A DNA stretch of 64,000 nucleotides from Takakia lepidozioides. Its lineage: Eukaryota; Plantae; Bryophyta. The stretch spans positions 37,510,001-37,574,000 of the forward strand of contig CM060733.1 of assembly GCA_030704615.1 (NCBI GenBank). Reading direction: 5' to 3'. This document shows positions 38,001 through 51,306 of the stretch, piece after piece. How positions within the stretch are numbered: position 1 is the first letter of the stretch; each line of letters begins with the position of its first letter. Position numbers and translations under genes: made by a program. The notes under the pieces were generated by a model. The model worked only from the letters and a program-made list of their open reading frames with translations. It ran no database searches and had not been told where the DNA came from.

Positions 38001-38648
38001 TAGGCACGACATAATGACCTGTGTATTTGGCGAGCCCAAGTACGGGATTCAGGGAATGCCGGAGCCTCCGGGCGTCTGGCCTGTTGCACCGGGTTGCAGC
38101 CTCTATCAGAATAAGGCGGATGATCTATCTGCAGCAGGATTTCGAATGGTGCAACGCACAGACGTCCTGGCCCACGCATTTCCGGTTCCTCAGACCCAGC
38201 CATTACAGACTGCTCGGTCCAGTAGAGACGGATTGGACAATTCTGCACATCCCACAATGCGATTCGGAAGAGTGAAGAGACGACACCCTCCCAACAAGTT
38301 GAATGAGACTCGGATTGCCAATGCTCTTGGGATGGCTTGCACTATTCAGAGCTCCGTGGACGTACCTCCACCCGGCCTTGGGCGTGTTTATCGATGGCAA
38401 CGGCCGGCTTGGCTGTACGCGACGATGTATACACAATTACGATTGGAGTGGAGCCGACTTGCAATTGTACGGACTTCTCGTTGATGGAAGCAAAGAAGGG
38501 TTCAAAGTATTATCCGTGCAAGCATCTGTATTACATTTACCTGAAGAGGTTGAGGATGAACGTGACTATTGATGACTTTATTCATGCACTGGCATTGAGC
38601 GTGAACGAGCTGCACAAACTCCTCCTTAGGGATTCCAGAAATCATTGA
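35058..38648 (+). pseudogene. MULE-2 transposase: GCM/WRKY-like domain, DDE core and SWIM zinc finger
   Basis: WVMFDH, FMADNA, CGFH, TNMAESVH; SWIM PTCNCTDF...PCKHLYY; 86-nt intron 37145-37230 at the same position as in MULE-1; several frameshifts and a stop at 36224. Confidence 0.9.
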
Positions 38649-38944
38649 TGGGGCAAAGGGAATCCTCCATATGGATATTTTCAATTGCATTTTCATGTAT
38701 CAGACTTTTTTTTGCAGTGTAATGCACCCCAAAACTCCTGGAATGAGGCAATATTCCATTCAAACTGAGATCCAACAGCAGTTGTGGGGCCATTTCTGGA
38801 AAAATGGCGCCGAATTTCTCTATTTTGGGCCGAAAACAGGCTAAGTCCCAACATGCACTGGTACCCGTGTCTGGAAAAATGGCGTCGAATTTCCCTATTT
38901 TGCGCCGAAAACTGGCTAAGTCCGAACATGCACTGGAAAAATGG

Positions 38945-39832
38945 GAACCTGCGGTGACCTTGGTAGACAGTTTTGCCCAGAACTTTTGAGTGTCTTGCAT
39001 CTACATGAGGACCACATACTAGATACCCTTTGTAGCCTTTTGTGACACATCCTGCAAGTAGGCCATAAGCAGGAAAATCGTGGATGCTCCATAGTAGTAT
39101 AGCGCGTAGTATAAAGGTTCTCTCACCAACAGGTTTGTATATGTCATATGCCCGAACCCCCCTCCACAAAACAAGTAATTCCTCCATCAGTGGTGCTAAG
39201 TACACATCTATGTGCTCACTTGTAACTGACTGCTTTCCTGGAATCAAGAGAGTAAGCATGACAAAAAACTTCTTTGTAGTGAGCCAGGGAGGTAGGTTGT
39301 ATACCAGCATCAACACTGGCCATTTTGACCAGCAATTGTTCTTATCACCAAACGGGTTGACTCCATCGAAGGAAAACCAAGCCTTACATTGCGAGGCTCT
39401 GCTGCAAAGTCGAGCCAAGTAGCATCAATGTGTTTCCAAGCCTTTGAATCAGCTGCATGGCGCACAAGGCCATCGTTGCTTGCATTTCGACTGTGCCAGG
39501 TCATTAATTCTGCAATAGAAGAGCATCTATACATACGCAAAAGACGTGGTATCAATGGAAAATGGGGAAGCACCTTAACAGGTACCTTGGATCCCCCCAC
39601 ATTTTTGAATCGGACGCTTTGACACTTGGGGCAACTCTCTGAAGCTTTCAAGTCCCCCATAAACAGCACACACCCCTTTGGGCAAGCATCGATCTTCTCA
39701 TAAGCAAGCCCAAGCTTGCTCACCATGGTCTTTGCATAGTAGAAAGATGTGGGTAGTACGTTTGGTTGTGGCAACAAGGTTTTCTGCAGCAAAGAGAACA
39801 TTTCATCCACAAAGCCATTCGTAACCCCATGT
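38945..39832 (-). pseudogene. Inverted segment of CACTA-2 TnpD (Transposase_21 core)
   Basis: HGVTNGFVDEMFSLL...HFPLIPRL...HAADSKAWKHID...DGVNPF...YNLPPW...HDFPAYG...YQGHRRF; continues the 26256 break and is continued on the + strand at 40318. Confidence 0.92.
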
Positions 39833-40317
39833 GAGGTTAGCTATTTCATGAGCATGAGCGGCATGAGCGGCATGAGCGGAGTAGCAAGAGCGGAGTAGCA
39901 AGACAATCGGTTTTCATGAGCAGAAGTACAAATTTTGAAAATAAAAAACATTATAAAACATTAATTTAATGCAATGTGTCAGAAAAAACAAATATATTAT
40001 TCGGCACCTTGAAGGGAAAATTGTAGTTTTGAGAGTTGCGCTCATCATATTTCGTCTTCCGCTCATGCCAATTCCCAGCGACATGTGCAAAAATGGCGCC
40101 GAATTTCGCGGTAATAGGGTCCGTAACCGGAAAAAACCGCGACGTATTTCGTGGTAATAGGTCTCTCTGGCGAAAAATGGTGCCGAATTCTGCGGCTATA
40201 GGTCCCCTCATGACAGGTGTGTAAGCCCAAAATTTGGAAATGTGGCGCCGAATTTCGGTACATGGTGCCGGGGATTGCACAGATGTTGGGCAGTTCTGGG
40301 CCATGTAACTGGAAATT

Positions 40318-42987
40318 AGGCCCATCCATACCGCAGGGACCGCATACACTTCAATGGACAGGTGGAGATGCGTGCGAAGCCACATCGGTTCACACCGGTT
40401 CAACAGGAGGCCGCTGGTGTTGAGGCTGAAGGTTATGACCTTGACCCCCGTGATTTTCCTGTTGCTGAAGTTCATCCAGCCAAGGTTCATGGTATCAAAA
40501 GGCGCAGCTGCCTATGGGATTTACCATACGGAAGGTACCCCCTGCACTTGTACTTGTTTGAGTTCAATGTTCTTTGTAAATGGAAAAGGTAGTGCCCCTG
40601 TAGTGGTTACTTCTTACTTTCCGAGTGGGGTACTGCATGTAATTTGGACTTCACATTAATAACTCGTGGAGTGGTAAAAGATAGTATCCATGATGCTCAG
40701 GAAGTTGTTGACATCACTTGAGAGGCTAATAATGCACTAAATGAGTTGTTTGAACCACTAAGGAGGGACTGTCATGCATCACAACCACTTTAGACATGGA
40801 AGTATATAGTGCTCATAAAGGAATCTGATTTGTATAGGACTGCAATCTGAATGTTCCTGAAATGGTGTCATCAATTGCAGGATCTGTTGCAACGTTACTT
40901 ACTGGATCCCATGCATTGCGAAAAGAATTATGTGAAAACTTGTTGAAGACGATTTTCGGACGGAAGGACACGGTGAAGGTGAGGAACGACATGGAGGTAA
41001 TCGGCATCAGACGTCACTTGTGGCTTCGGCCTGATCCACAGAACCCGTCACGTATCATGAAACCAACAGCACCGTATGTTCTCACTCCCGCTGAAATCAC
41101 GATATTTCTTGATACTTTGGGGGCTATCAAAACTCCTTCGGGATTTGCAAGTGCATTTCAAAAACACATACACCCGTCTAAGAAACATTTGACGAGTATG
41201 AAGTCTCATGATTATCACGTTTTAATGCAACATATTTTACCTGTGTGTATTTGCCATTGCATGGCTCTAGGCCCACGTGGGGTCATTATGTGTGTGAGTC
41301 GCATTTTCCGCCGGATTTGTGCCAAAGTATGGGACCCTAACGAAATAGATTCATTGCGTGAGGATGTTGCTATAACCTTGTGTCTGTTAGAGAAAGAGTT
41401 CTCCCCTTCTTTCTTTGATGTCATGACCCATTTGCTAGTTCATCTCGTAGATGAACTAGACACATGTGGTCCGGTGTCTTCACAGTGGATGTATCCCATG
41501 GAGTGTTACATGAAAGATCTCAAGGGATACGTTAGGAATTACGCAAAGCCAGAAGGGAGTATGGCGGCAAGGTATGTTCTTGATGAGGCCATGGGGTTCA
41601 TGAGTGAGTATATGCAATCATTAGATGCAACTCAACGGCGGATTTGGGATGCAAATGCGGAGGAAGGGGTTGAGAATGAGGTCTTGGAAGGTGTCGGCAA
41701 AAAGCGGGACATGAGTGGAGCTGAGAGAGATGCAGCACATTTGTATGTGCTTAACAATACCAATGTGATGGTTCCTTGGGTGCAGGGAGTTCTTCTTTTC
41801 ATTGCACCTTATTCATATCAAGTTCAAATGCAATTGTGACTGTCACCAGTGTAATAGAACCACCCACAAGTCACAAAAGTTAGTGGTTCATCGTGATGAT
41901 AACCACTTCTGTAGTAACTGAATGTCTAAGTGAGTGACTTTTTGGAAGAGCATGTTCTTTTACAAGTCATTCTACTCACTCATCCAGTGGTTTTCAAAGT
42001 ATCATTCATGCTAGGTATTTTTTGCAAAGTAATGCAACACTTCATTGCTAACATGTGTCATTCTTGTTGCCATTTTGTGACAGAAAGTATGCAACAGAGA
42101 AGGCAGAGTTCACTGCAGACAAAGAGGCATGTGCTCGTGAGTGGCGTGCCAATCGTCGACGTCACCACCGCGTTCTGGTGCCATACCCTCCCCATTTGTT
42201 GGAGTTTCCACCCCTACCGGTATGGATACGCCGTGCAGTCCAGGCCCATGTCTCTGAGCAGGGTGTTGAGGATACGGATGTAATTCATTTGTCTACTCCT
42301 CCCTCATTGAGATCAGCTTCATTTCGTGGCATGAAGGCGTATGGAAATCATTATCGACTGGATGACACAAAGAGTCGTCTTCTTGTCTCTTTTGATTCCG
42401 GAGTTGCATCAGTCTTCCAGCAACAGAGCAGAATTAGTGTGTGTGATAGAAATCCAATCATGTCACCATTGGAGTACGTTGGGGTCATCAAAGAGATCTT
42501 CAAATTGGATCATGGACGAGTGCACCCCATTGTATTTCATTGTGCTTGGGTGAGGGCCAACCTCGTTGGACAAAATGCTACAATGAAGCGGGATTCGTAT
42601 GGTTTTCTACTTGCAAATTTTGGGAGGATGTTACCCACCAATGATCAGCCGTTCATCTTTCCATCTCAAGTTGAACAGGTGTTCTTTTCGGATGAGTCCC
42701 CAAGTTCGGAGTGGAAGGTAGTACTTCGGAAGGATCCAAGCGCAAAAAGGATTGTGGCGGACATCGATCAATGTGACATTGGAGAAAATGCAGATTTCGA
42801 TGGCCTTCAGGCACCGTCCACCTTATCAGATCAGGCAATACCTAGGTCATTAGATGGTGCCACGGCTCTAAATAAAGAAGACCTGGTTATGTTGGCTACC
42901 ATTCAAGCCGCGTTTGTGCAACCAACCGTTATTCTAGTTGAGCAAAGTGATTCAGAGGGTGACGAATATGTTTCAGATTCAAAATAA
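40318..42987 (+). pseudogene. CACTA-2 TnpD C-terminal part (DUF4218 40880-41785, DUF4216 42085-42987)
   Basis: HPYRRDRIHFNG; KSHDYHVLMQH, FSPSFFDVMTHLLVHLV, WMYPME; YVGVIKEIFKLD...FHCAW...DSYGF...DQPFIFPSQVEQVFF...WKVV. Confidence 0.92.
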
Positions 42988-44559
42988 AGTTTATTGTTGG
43001 AACCATTTGTTCAATAGCATCATGCCACAATGGTCTGGCCACTTGTCTGTTTTTCAAAGTCTGTCACAGCTGCACAAACCACTTAACATTTTCCATGTAT
43101 CACCCAAAAAGTGGTACCAATCACTTGTCTGCAGGCAACCACTCATGAGAAACCACTAGAATAGTGGTTCCAATTACTGCAGTATCTTTCACCACCCACT
43201 CTCCACCACTATCAAAGTGGTACAAATCAATGAGGTGTCTTTAACCACTCAAGATCAACGTGCACTGTCCCCGTCCACGTGGAATATTATATTTATGAAT
43301 TAAAATATATTTCTAAATCATAAATCACAAACAAAATTTGAATTATTACACGTGGAGTAGCAAGTGGTTTCAACCACTTCCCATCACTGAGGTGTCTATA
43401 ACCACTCACAATGTACCACTGCACTCGTCCATGTGGAATATTACATTTATTAATTAAAATGTATTACCAAATAAATAATAATAAATAAAAACAATTTATT
43501 ACACGTGGACTACTGAGTGGTTGAAACCACTTACAACCACTGTCTGTGATGCCACCGTGGCATTTCATTGGGATTAACCACTGGCAAGTGGTTACTAGTG
43601 GTTTATAGAGTGGAAAAAGACAGTAGTGGTTAAAGGGCCAATGGTTATTCCACGTTTTTCTTCTAGTGCCTTCCATTTGTTGCATGTGCATTAATGAGGT
43701 GGATTCGATGCAACGTATGTGTGTAATTCATTAATTGTGTGTGTGGGGGGGGGGGGGGGGGGGGGTGTGCATAGGTATCGTGGGATGCGCTCATTGCGGG
43801 AGAGAATGATGCGGCAAACAAGGATAAGTTTCAGAGGGCACGCAAAGCAACAACAATCCATCTTGAGAAGCACAAATCCACACACAAGTGGGGCCCCGGC
43901 GGATCGAGGGGTTTTATCCTTCGATTTGTAAGTCACACTTCCCTATGTATTTTGTTATGTCTTCTTTCTGGCTCCATCATCTTGAGAAACTGACTTTAAT
44001 TTGTGGCATGTGTAGGAAACCATGTTTGAGAGGTTGTCATCTCCGGTAGAGTACGACTATGTGCAAGGAGCATGGTTGGCAATCCCTCATGACCAACATG
44101 GCCAAGACGGAGGGGATGAGTGCACTACAAGGCAGTAATATGGCTGAAGGGGGGGGGGTCATGGCCAAGGATTGGATGAAAGCTCTGTGGGAGTTAGGGG
44201 AACGCCGCCTGGTTTACGTGTTAAGGCGAAGGGCGTGGAGTCATCATGCTCATCGGATAGCTATGACTCCTCCTCCTCCTTTGAGGATGAGGATGAGGAT
44301 GAGTAGTCCTAGTCCGTGTAAGTCCCAGGGTCAGTCTACTGAACCCTCGTGAGCAAAGAATTCAGCTCATTGCTTGTAAATATATTTCCATTTGTACATA
44401 TATTTCCATCTTTCATCTTATTCATGTGTCGCATGGCCTCACCCTCGGTTTATGCTTGCTTGAACCAATGCAATAAACAAAATTGAGTACCTGTTAAATC
44501 AGAGCAATGGAAGCTCTAATGTCTTTCAACACCCAAGAAAGAAACCAGAGAAAAACCCT

Positions 44560-44856
44560 AAATCACCCCCAATTCACCCCCTTTGCGGCCCTCAACTTTA
44601 CAAAAGCGTCGCTGGGGGCGCCTCGCGCTGGGACGCCCAACGTTGCGACGCCAGGGGGTCGCAATGGTGTTGTGGTCAGCTTAAGTCATCACAAGGACGT
44701 CGCTTGGGGCGCCTGCCGGTAGGGGGATGCAACAACGGCGACGATGTTGGGGCTGGGGCTGGGCACTAAGGCTGTGGAGGATGCAACTCCCCGGCGTCAC
44801 AAAAGAGACCCCCTTAGAAGGAACTTGAAGGCTCTTGAAGGAAATCCTTATAATTG

Positions 44857-44887
<31 letters not shown>

Positions 44888-45188
44888 TTATATTGCTTTT
44901 GTGATACATAGATGTAGCGTAGGTGTGTTGGTTAGTTTGTAGTGTCTTAGAAATGTTATAACGTGGAGGTCTTAGGTTCAAGTATGCATTGCATGATATA
45001 TGTAGAACAATGAACATATTGCCATTAGACAGAACCGGAGGCAATGGTCAACGCCGTAGTCAATGGTCAACAAGTTTTTGAAATTCAAAATTTTTCGCCT
45101 AAATTCAAATGTACCTCCTTAAATTGTGATGTCCGGGCGTCGCACTTTGCGACCCGCGGATGGTGCTAATTCTACAGTGCAGAGTAGT

Positions 45189-45223
<35 letters not shown>

Positions 45224-45400
45224 CCCGACCCTGGGCGTCGCAAATCGCGGTTTCGCATATTTGCGACCCCCATTGGTTGCAAATTTGTGACGTTTTTTTT
45301 GGCGACGCCCGGGCGTCGCAAATTTGGGTTTTCCCCCTGTCCGAAAATGGTTGTTTTACGACGCCGCAGCGTGGCTGCGCCGTTTCCGCGGCGTCACTTA
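44560..45400. repeat. GC-rich GCGACGC/GCGTCGC motif clusters, probable DNA-transposon subterminal remnant
   Basis: Many gcgacgcc/gggcgtcgcaaa/tttgcgaccc motifs in both orientations, separated by an AT-rich (TA)n core; no TIR or TSD found. Confidence 0.4.
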
Positions 45401-48400
45401 ACACATTTTTTATTTTTATTTTTATTTTTTGGCCTGTAATGGTAGTGGGAGTGGGCAGGCGGGAATCTGAGAGAGAGATCCGTCCAGGATAGCGGAGGTT
45501 CGGTGCGGACATGTGTGGTAGGGGGGACAGCTGGACAGGTGAGCATTCGAGACCATGTTTTGGATGAATTTATGTTAGGGTAGAGGCGGGGGGTAATGGG
45601 TTGGGGAGGGGGTGTAGAGAATGTGGTGGCCTTCATGCTATGTGTGTCTGTTAGAAGGTGAGTAAGGCGGGATGGGAAGTCAGCGGGTATGGGGGTAGTT
45701 GTGGTGGTGCGATGGACAAGCAATATGAGGGTTAAGGTGGGGTATTTAAGGTACTTGGGGAGGGGTGAGGTGCGAGAGTATTGGATCTGGCCAGGATCGA
45801 TAGCGGCTAGAGGCGTAACCTCAGGGGGTTAGCTGGGAGAGAGGGTGCAGGCCATTTGGCAGTTGTTGGTGTGTTTGAAGGAGGATGGTGGCGGCAGAGG
45901 GGGATGTTTGGGCCGCGTGGCGAGCCCATTGTAAAGCGGTGGGATCCTTGTTAAATCTCTATTACCATACGACAAGCGGGTCAAATTCTTTGTATACAGG
46001 CCATCATTTGGGGTCGTCTGACCACAACCCGCCCTCACTACTAGATGCAGATTAACCTCACATCCTGGAATATTAGGGGACTAGGACAAGACCCCTCTTC
46101 TCTGAAAAGGGTCAGGCTAGCCTCATCTCTTAACACCTTGATTAATCAGACAGCTATAGACTTCATTCAGGAACATAAACAAAATCAAGCAAAAATAAAC
46201 AGCCTGACAGACCACCTCTAGCCCAAAAATCTGACTCTCTGGAAACCTACCTCGGAGGGATCGAGGGGAGGAACTGCAATGCTTTTCTCCCCTTCTACCC
46301 ACTCTCTAATTGTAGCAGAAGAACCTTGGATAGTAGGCCGTGCGCAGTTTTGCTCCGTAGCACTGCCAAACAACCTAGGAATACTGGGATTAGTAAACAT
46401 TTATGCCCCTAACTGCCCTACGGAAAGAGTAGTGTTTTGGACCGAGCTGCATTCCAAGATGCAAGCCCACCAAGGTATTCATTAGTGGATCGTTGCGGGA
46501 GACTTCAACATGGTGGAGCAAGCCACGGATAGAAGAGATCCAGGGCAGGCAGGATCAATCTCAGAGGGTGTAGACAGATGGCTGCAGCTGGCCCAAGACC
46601 ACAATCTAATCGAGACGGATTGGATCCACCAGCAACCAAATAGGGTAGTGCAACCATTTTTTACTTGGACAAATGGCAGGGACTTGTCCCACCTGCATAT
46701 GGCAAGGCTCGACAAAATATATGCCTCCTTCAGCATAATTCAATGGACTGCCCGTCTGCCTCAGGAGGCCATACCAATAGGGTTTGATCATGCGCAAGTT
46801 TCAGCTTCCATCTCAATCCCGAACACGCAGGCTAGAGGGAGGGGAATATACAGGCTAAATGCCTCCCTCCTGAAAATCCGAGGCTTCAAGCAAGACCTAT
46901 CCAATGCTTGGGCACAAGCAGGGAATGCAGCCACCAACCCCACAGAAAAATTCCTTCAAAAGCTGAAGGCAGTGGGTGTAGCCAGTCAAAAGCTTAGCAA
47001 GGAAATAGCGGAGGCCAGGAAAAAAAGGTTCAAGCTCTAACCAAGTGCCTTAAAGTTTGCCAAGTAAGGATGGAATCCCCCAGATGTGACGAAGCCACCT
47101 ACCGGACATACCTGGAGGCAAAGAAAAACATGGAGCTCTTCCAAACACTTAGGGAAGGACAATAAACTTCACTACAGTCTAAAATCAAGGCAGACACAAT
47201 ACAACCTATCTAAGCCATCAGAAACAAGTACTATGGCTTAGACAGTACTATGAAAGACATCATTTTCTCTCACTTGTGTAGGAAATCCATTCCCCTGGCA
47301 CAGTCTCGAAACACTTTCACAGCTGCTGCAACATCTAAGCCACCCATCCGAACATCTAACAGATCTCGCACACTGCTCCCACCACCACAAAAGCAACACC
47401 AGGTAGTAGGATGTCAATATGCAACACCAATGACATCTCCTCTTTCCATATTCTATGTGTATAGTTCAGAGTATACCACTAAACATTGTGTGTAAAAGGA
47501 TAGTGTGGACACATTACATTTGATTACATATGTTTAACCACTAGACCAAGCATGGTCTGGAGGGTACATCGGTCCCATGAGTAAGACTTTTTATTTCTAC
47601 ATGAGGAACTACGCCTTCATGCAGTAGTGGGGTTATGATATGTGATTTTTGTAGTTAGACTTTGTTTGGCTCTTGCTCTGCCCACAAATGTAAAAATCTC
47701 TTTCATCTCTCCCTCTATCTCTGGATCCCTCATCCTTGGTGAGGACTCTAGCTAAAAGGATCTGAAGAGCTAAGCAACTTGCACAGATAACTCTTGAGCA
47801 ATATTTGTAGTTGATGTATTTGTCGGCCTTTGGATTCCACGGTGATGTTCTATACCTTTCCCCTTTGGACCTTCGACATACAATTCCTTTTCTTCCCTTG
47901 GTTTTGATAGTTCTATGTGTTTCTACTGTGTCACTTGGGCTACTCCACCTTTTGCGAACTAAATTTCTATGTCTTCCTTCTCTCCATCACAATTTGGATG
48001 TTGGCAGCCCAACAACCTAGAGACACCCTGCCAACTGTTCCAAGGCTGATTGCAAATGGAATAGAAAAGAGTGAAGGTCTTAGAGGAATCATAAAAACTG
48101 TGCAATGCGCCCCCAAACCCAGCGGAGAAGAAAACTGACATACCTCCCACCAGCCATGAGTTCAGTGACAATGCAAAGCTTGGGCCAGCATGAGCATGCA
48201 CCAATGAACTGCAACAAGTTTTTATGCTTGATGAGTCTACATTCATCTCCAATTTACTGCTATGTCAACCTCCTCTCTGCCACCCATCACTCAGGTCTGT
48301 CATGCATGAAGGATGATGCCAAATTTAGTACCGTGTGTATCAACTTCAAATTTCAATGTTGCTAAGAACTTTTCTCAATAGTAATAACCACGTGTATTTT

Positions 48401-48629
48401 ATGTCGTATACATCCAGCTATTGAGTTAAAGACACTGAATAACACACTCAAACTGCTAGTACAATAAAAACCTGTATTAAGGGACCTCAACAATGAGCAA
48501 ACACTTGAACCAATGGACCAAGGAACTTGAGAACATTCTAAACCGAAAGACATGCGCAAATAATTCAGATGGCATTTTCCCCCTTCCTATTCATAATAGC
48601 AGCAGATGCACTGGGTCACATGCTAGAAG

Positions 48630-49450
48630 CACGGGTGGATCACTCTATGTATTTTTTCCATATCACGTGCGTACAAAGGTATATTTATACCAGGCTATAT
48701 TTTTAAGATTTTGCATTTTTTTCCACCCTATCTTTAGGTAATATTGTAAAACCCTTTGTTTCTTAATACCCTATTTTTTTATAAATTTTTTTGCAACAAT
48801 TAATTAGACCCTATTTTTAATCATCTTTTTAAATAATTGTAAAATTTCAAAGCATGTACACAAACAATATTCCACACATAAGTCAAATGCCGGACCCAAC
48901 GAAAAGTTTAGTTTCCATTAGCCCCGAACTCATTAGCCACGAACTCATCACTTGGATCTAAAGAGTGCAAGTTCTGAGATGGTTCAAACGTCATAGTCAT
49001 TGTTTGAGATTATGGTCTCAACATCAATCCACTGTGTATCAGTGGAATCATAATTGAACTTCAGGTGACCTCTACCTTTAGAGAACCAATTCAAAAACAC
49101 CATAATAGAAGGACCCCCATATTTGGGTAGAGTAGGCTTAGTCATCAAATCAAAAGGCTGCCTTGATATTCCTCATTTAGAGCCAACTTTCATTCGAATC
49201 TTTTGTACTCTGGATGAAATATGAGGGATGGATACATTATACTATAGATAAACCCTTTATTACATTATTATTTTAAAGTAAAACTCTAGATTTTTTGTGA
49301 CATTTTTTTTTTTTTTTTTTTTGGGTGAAATGATATTGCCCTACCGTATTTTTTAAGTAAAACAATTCTAAAATTTACCTCAAAAGAATAAACTGCACCC
49401 TATATTTGTTCTCACGTGGTTTTGAAAATACGGGGAGTGACCCCCCCAAG
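48630..49450 (+). mobile_element. hAT-like MITE, copy 1
   Basis: Imperfect TIRs CACGGGTGGATCACTC / GAGTGACCCCCCCAAG; 8-bp flanks GCTAGAAG / GCTGGAAG; removing it restores the LINE reading ALGHMLEANNQIKG. Confidence 0.8.
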
Positions 49451-50600
49451 GCTGGAAGCCAACAACCAAATCAAAGGCCTTCACATCATCAATCACTATA
49501 CAACCCTACCGCAACAAGTCAATGAATCAATGTTTGTAGACGACACTTTCCTGGCCTTGCAAGCCACTCAATCCAACCTGGATACAACCAGCAACGAGCT
49601 GCAATCCTTCTCCTAGGCCTCTGGATTCAGAGTAAACTGGGGTAAAACCCTGCGCCTTGTTGGTGGGTGATACCTCAACATCACAGCTGGTAGCGCAGTC
49701 CACAGGCTTGAAATGGCTAAAGCCACGCCAAACAATCACCCTTCTTGGATATATCTACGGCATAGACCTCTCAGATCAGCAAGTATTTGCGGCCACGCAA
49801 GCAAAATTTAGGAACAAGCTAGCATACTGGGGCTCCCAGCACCTCTCCATCACCAGGAGGGTGTTGGCAGCCAATCAAGTTCTCTCAGCAGGGCAGTGGT
49901 TCTTTGCCTCGGCATGGAAACCCAACGAAATGCAAATCAAGGATATGAAAAAGTTATTTCACAATTTCGTGTAGGGCAAAACATCCTTCACATAAAAAGA
50001 GGCCTCAAGTGTCGTGGAAGCAAATCTGCTTGCCGAAAAAAAAAGGAGGACTAGGCAATATAGACCCGCAAACTCAAATCACGGCCCTTCTGGCAAAATG
50101 GATCTCGAGGTTCTTGGGCCCAGAAGGAGGGCCCTGGAAACACTTGGTCTGCGACAACATAGCCCTGGCCTCGCCGCTAAAATCGGCAAAGTGAGCTCCC
50201 TCCTTCAGATGGGTGGTAAATGGATTCAAACATAAGGTGGTAGGCTCGCCTTTGTGGATAGCAATCTTGCAGGCCTGGGCCAGGCTCAGACCCTACCTTC
50301 TAAAATCGAGCCCGGAATCCCACGAAGAAATCCTTCGTGAATTCTTGTTTGTCAACACCACCACCCCAACGCCTGATAAAAAAACAACAAGCCTGCAAAT
50401 GGTCATAGTGGGAAGAGACAGACATTTAACAGGTCAAATATATATGCGCCAATGGGGAATTTCTGCCAAAAGACCGGATCGCTGTCATAGTGGGCAAATC
50501 CAGGACATCAACGTCATATGACACCTTACTTCATTCGGTGGCCACATTGTGGCTGCCATCTCTCGCGGCAGGACATGAAACACCAGACACCAACTTCTGG

Positions 50601-51306
50601 CTTGGTGGGGTCACTCCCCGTATTTTCAAAACCACGTGTGAACAAATATAGGGCGTGATTTATTTTTTTGAGGTAAATTTTATAAAAAATTTACTATATG
50701 GTAGGGCAATATCCTTTCACCCAGTTTTTTTAAAAGAAGGGTCACCAAAAATCCAAAGTTTTACTTAAAAATGTAATAAATGATTTTATCTAGAGTATAA
50801 TGTATACATCCTTGTGAAGTTTAATATATGTCATCCAGCTCTAATGCATCAAGGATGAAATCAGGTAGAGATTACCTGAAGTCAAATATGATTCCAGTGA
50901 TACACAATGGATTGATGTTGATACCATAACAGTGACTATGACATTTGAACCATCTCAAAACTTTGTAGATCCAAGTGGTGTTGCCGCTTTAAATGAGTTA
51001 GTGGCTAATAAAAATTAAACTTTTTCTTGGGTCCGACATTTTACTTATGTTATATGGAATGTATTTTATTGTGTACATGCTTTTGAAATTTTGCAATTAT
51101 TTAAAAGGAGAATTTTAAAATAAGATCTAATTAATTATTGCATTTTAAAAATTATAAAAAATATGGTGTTAGAAAACAAAGGGTTATACAATATTACCTA
51201 AAGATAGGGTGGAAAAAAATGCAAAATTTTAAAAATATAGCCTAGTATAAATATACATTTGTACGCATGTGACATGGAAAAAAATACATATAAGGACCCC
51301 CCCGTG
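50601..51306 (-). mobile_element. hAT-like MITE, copy 2 (same family, opposite orientation)
   Basis: Reverse-complement similarity to 48630-49450 along its length; 8-bp flanks ACTTCTGG / GCTTCTGG. Confidence 0.8.

Larger units (their letters stand above)
26257..40317 (+). mobile_element. MULE-2: ~13.2-kb Mutator-like transposon (body 26257-38944; right terminal 485 bp now inverted at 39833-40317)
   Basis: Termini GGGGGCTGCTATTTCATGAGC (26257) and GAGGTTAGCTATTTCATGAGC (39833); 9-bp TSD ACATGGGGT at 26248-26256 and as reverse complement at 39824-39832; MULE transposase with SWIM finger. Confidence 0.9.
24540..43668 (+). mobile_element. CACTA-2: En/Spm element disrupted by MULE-2 and an inversion; left end not found (may extend to ~15400)
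   Basis: Right TIR ...CGTTTTTCTTCTAGTG ends at 43668 after ACCACT/AGTGGT subterminal repeats (43070-43640); TnpD pieces lie in the expected order. Confidence 0.8.

Noticed and set aside
43745-45285. G, (TA)n and T homopolymer or microsatellite runs
   Set aside because: Ordinary simple repeats with no coding or structural context.
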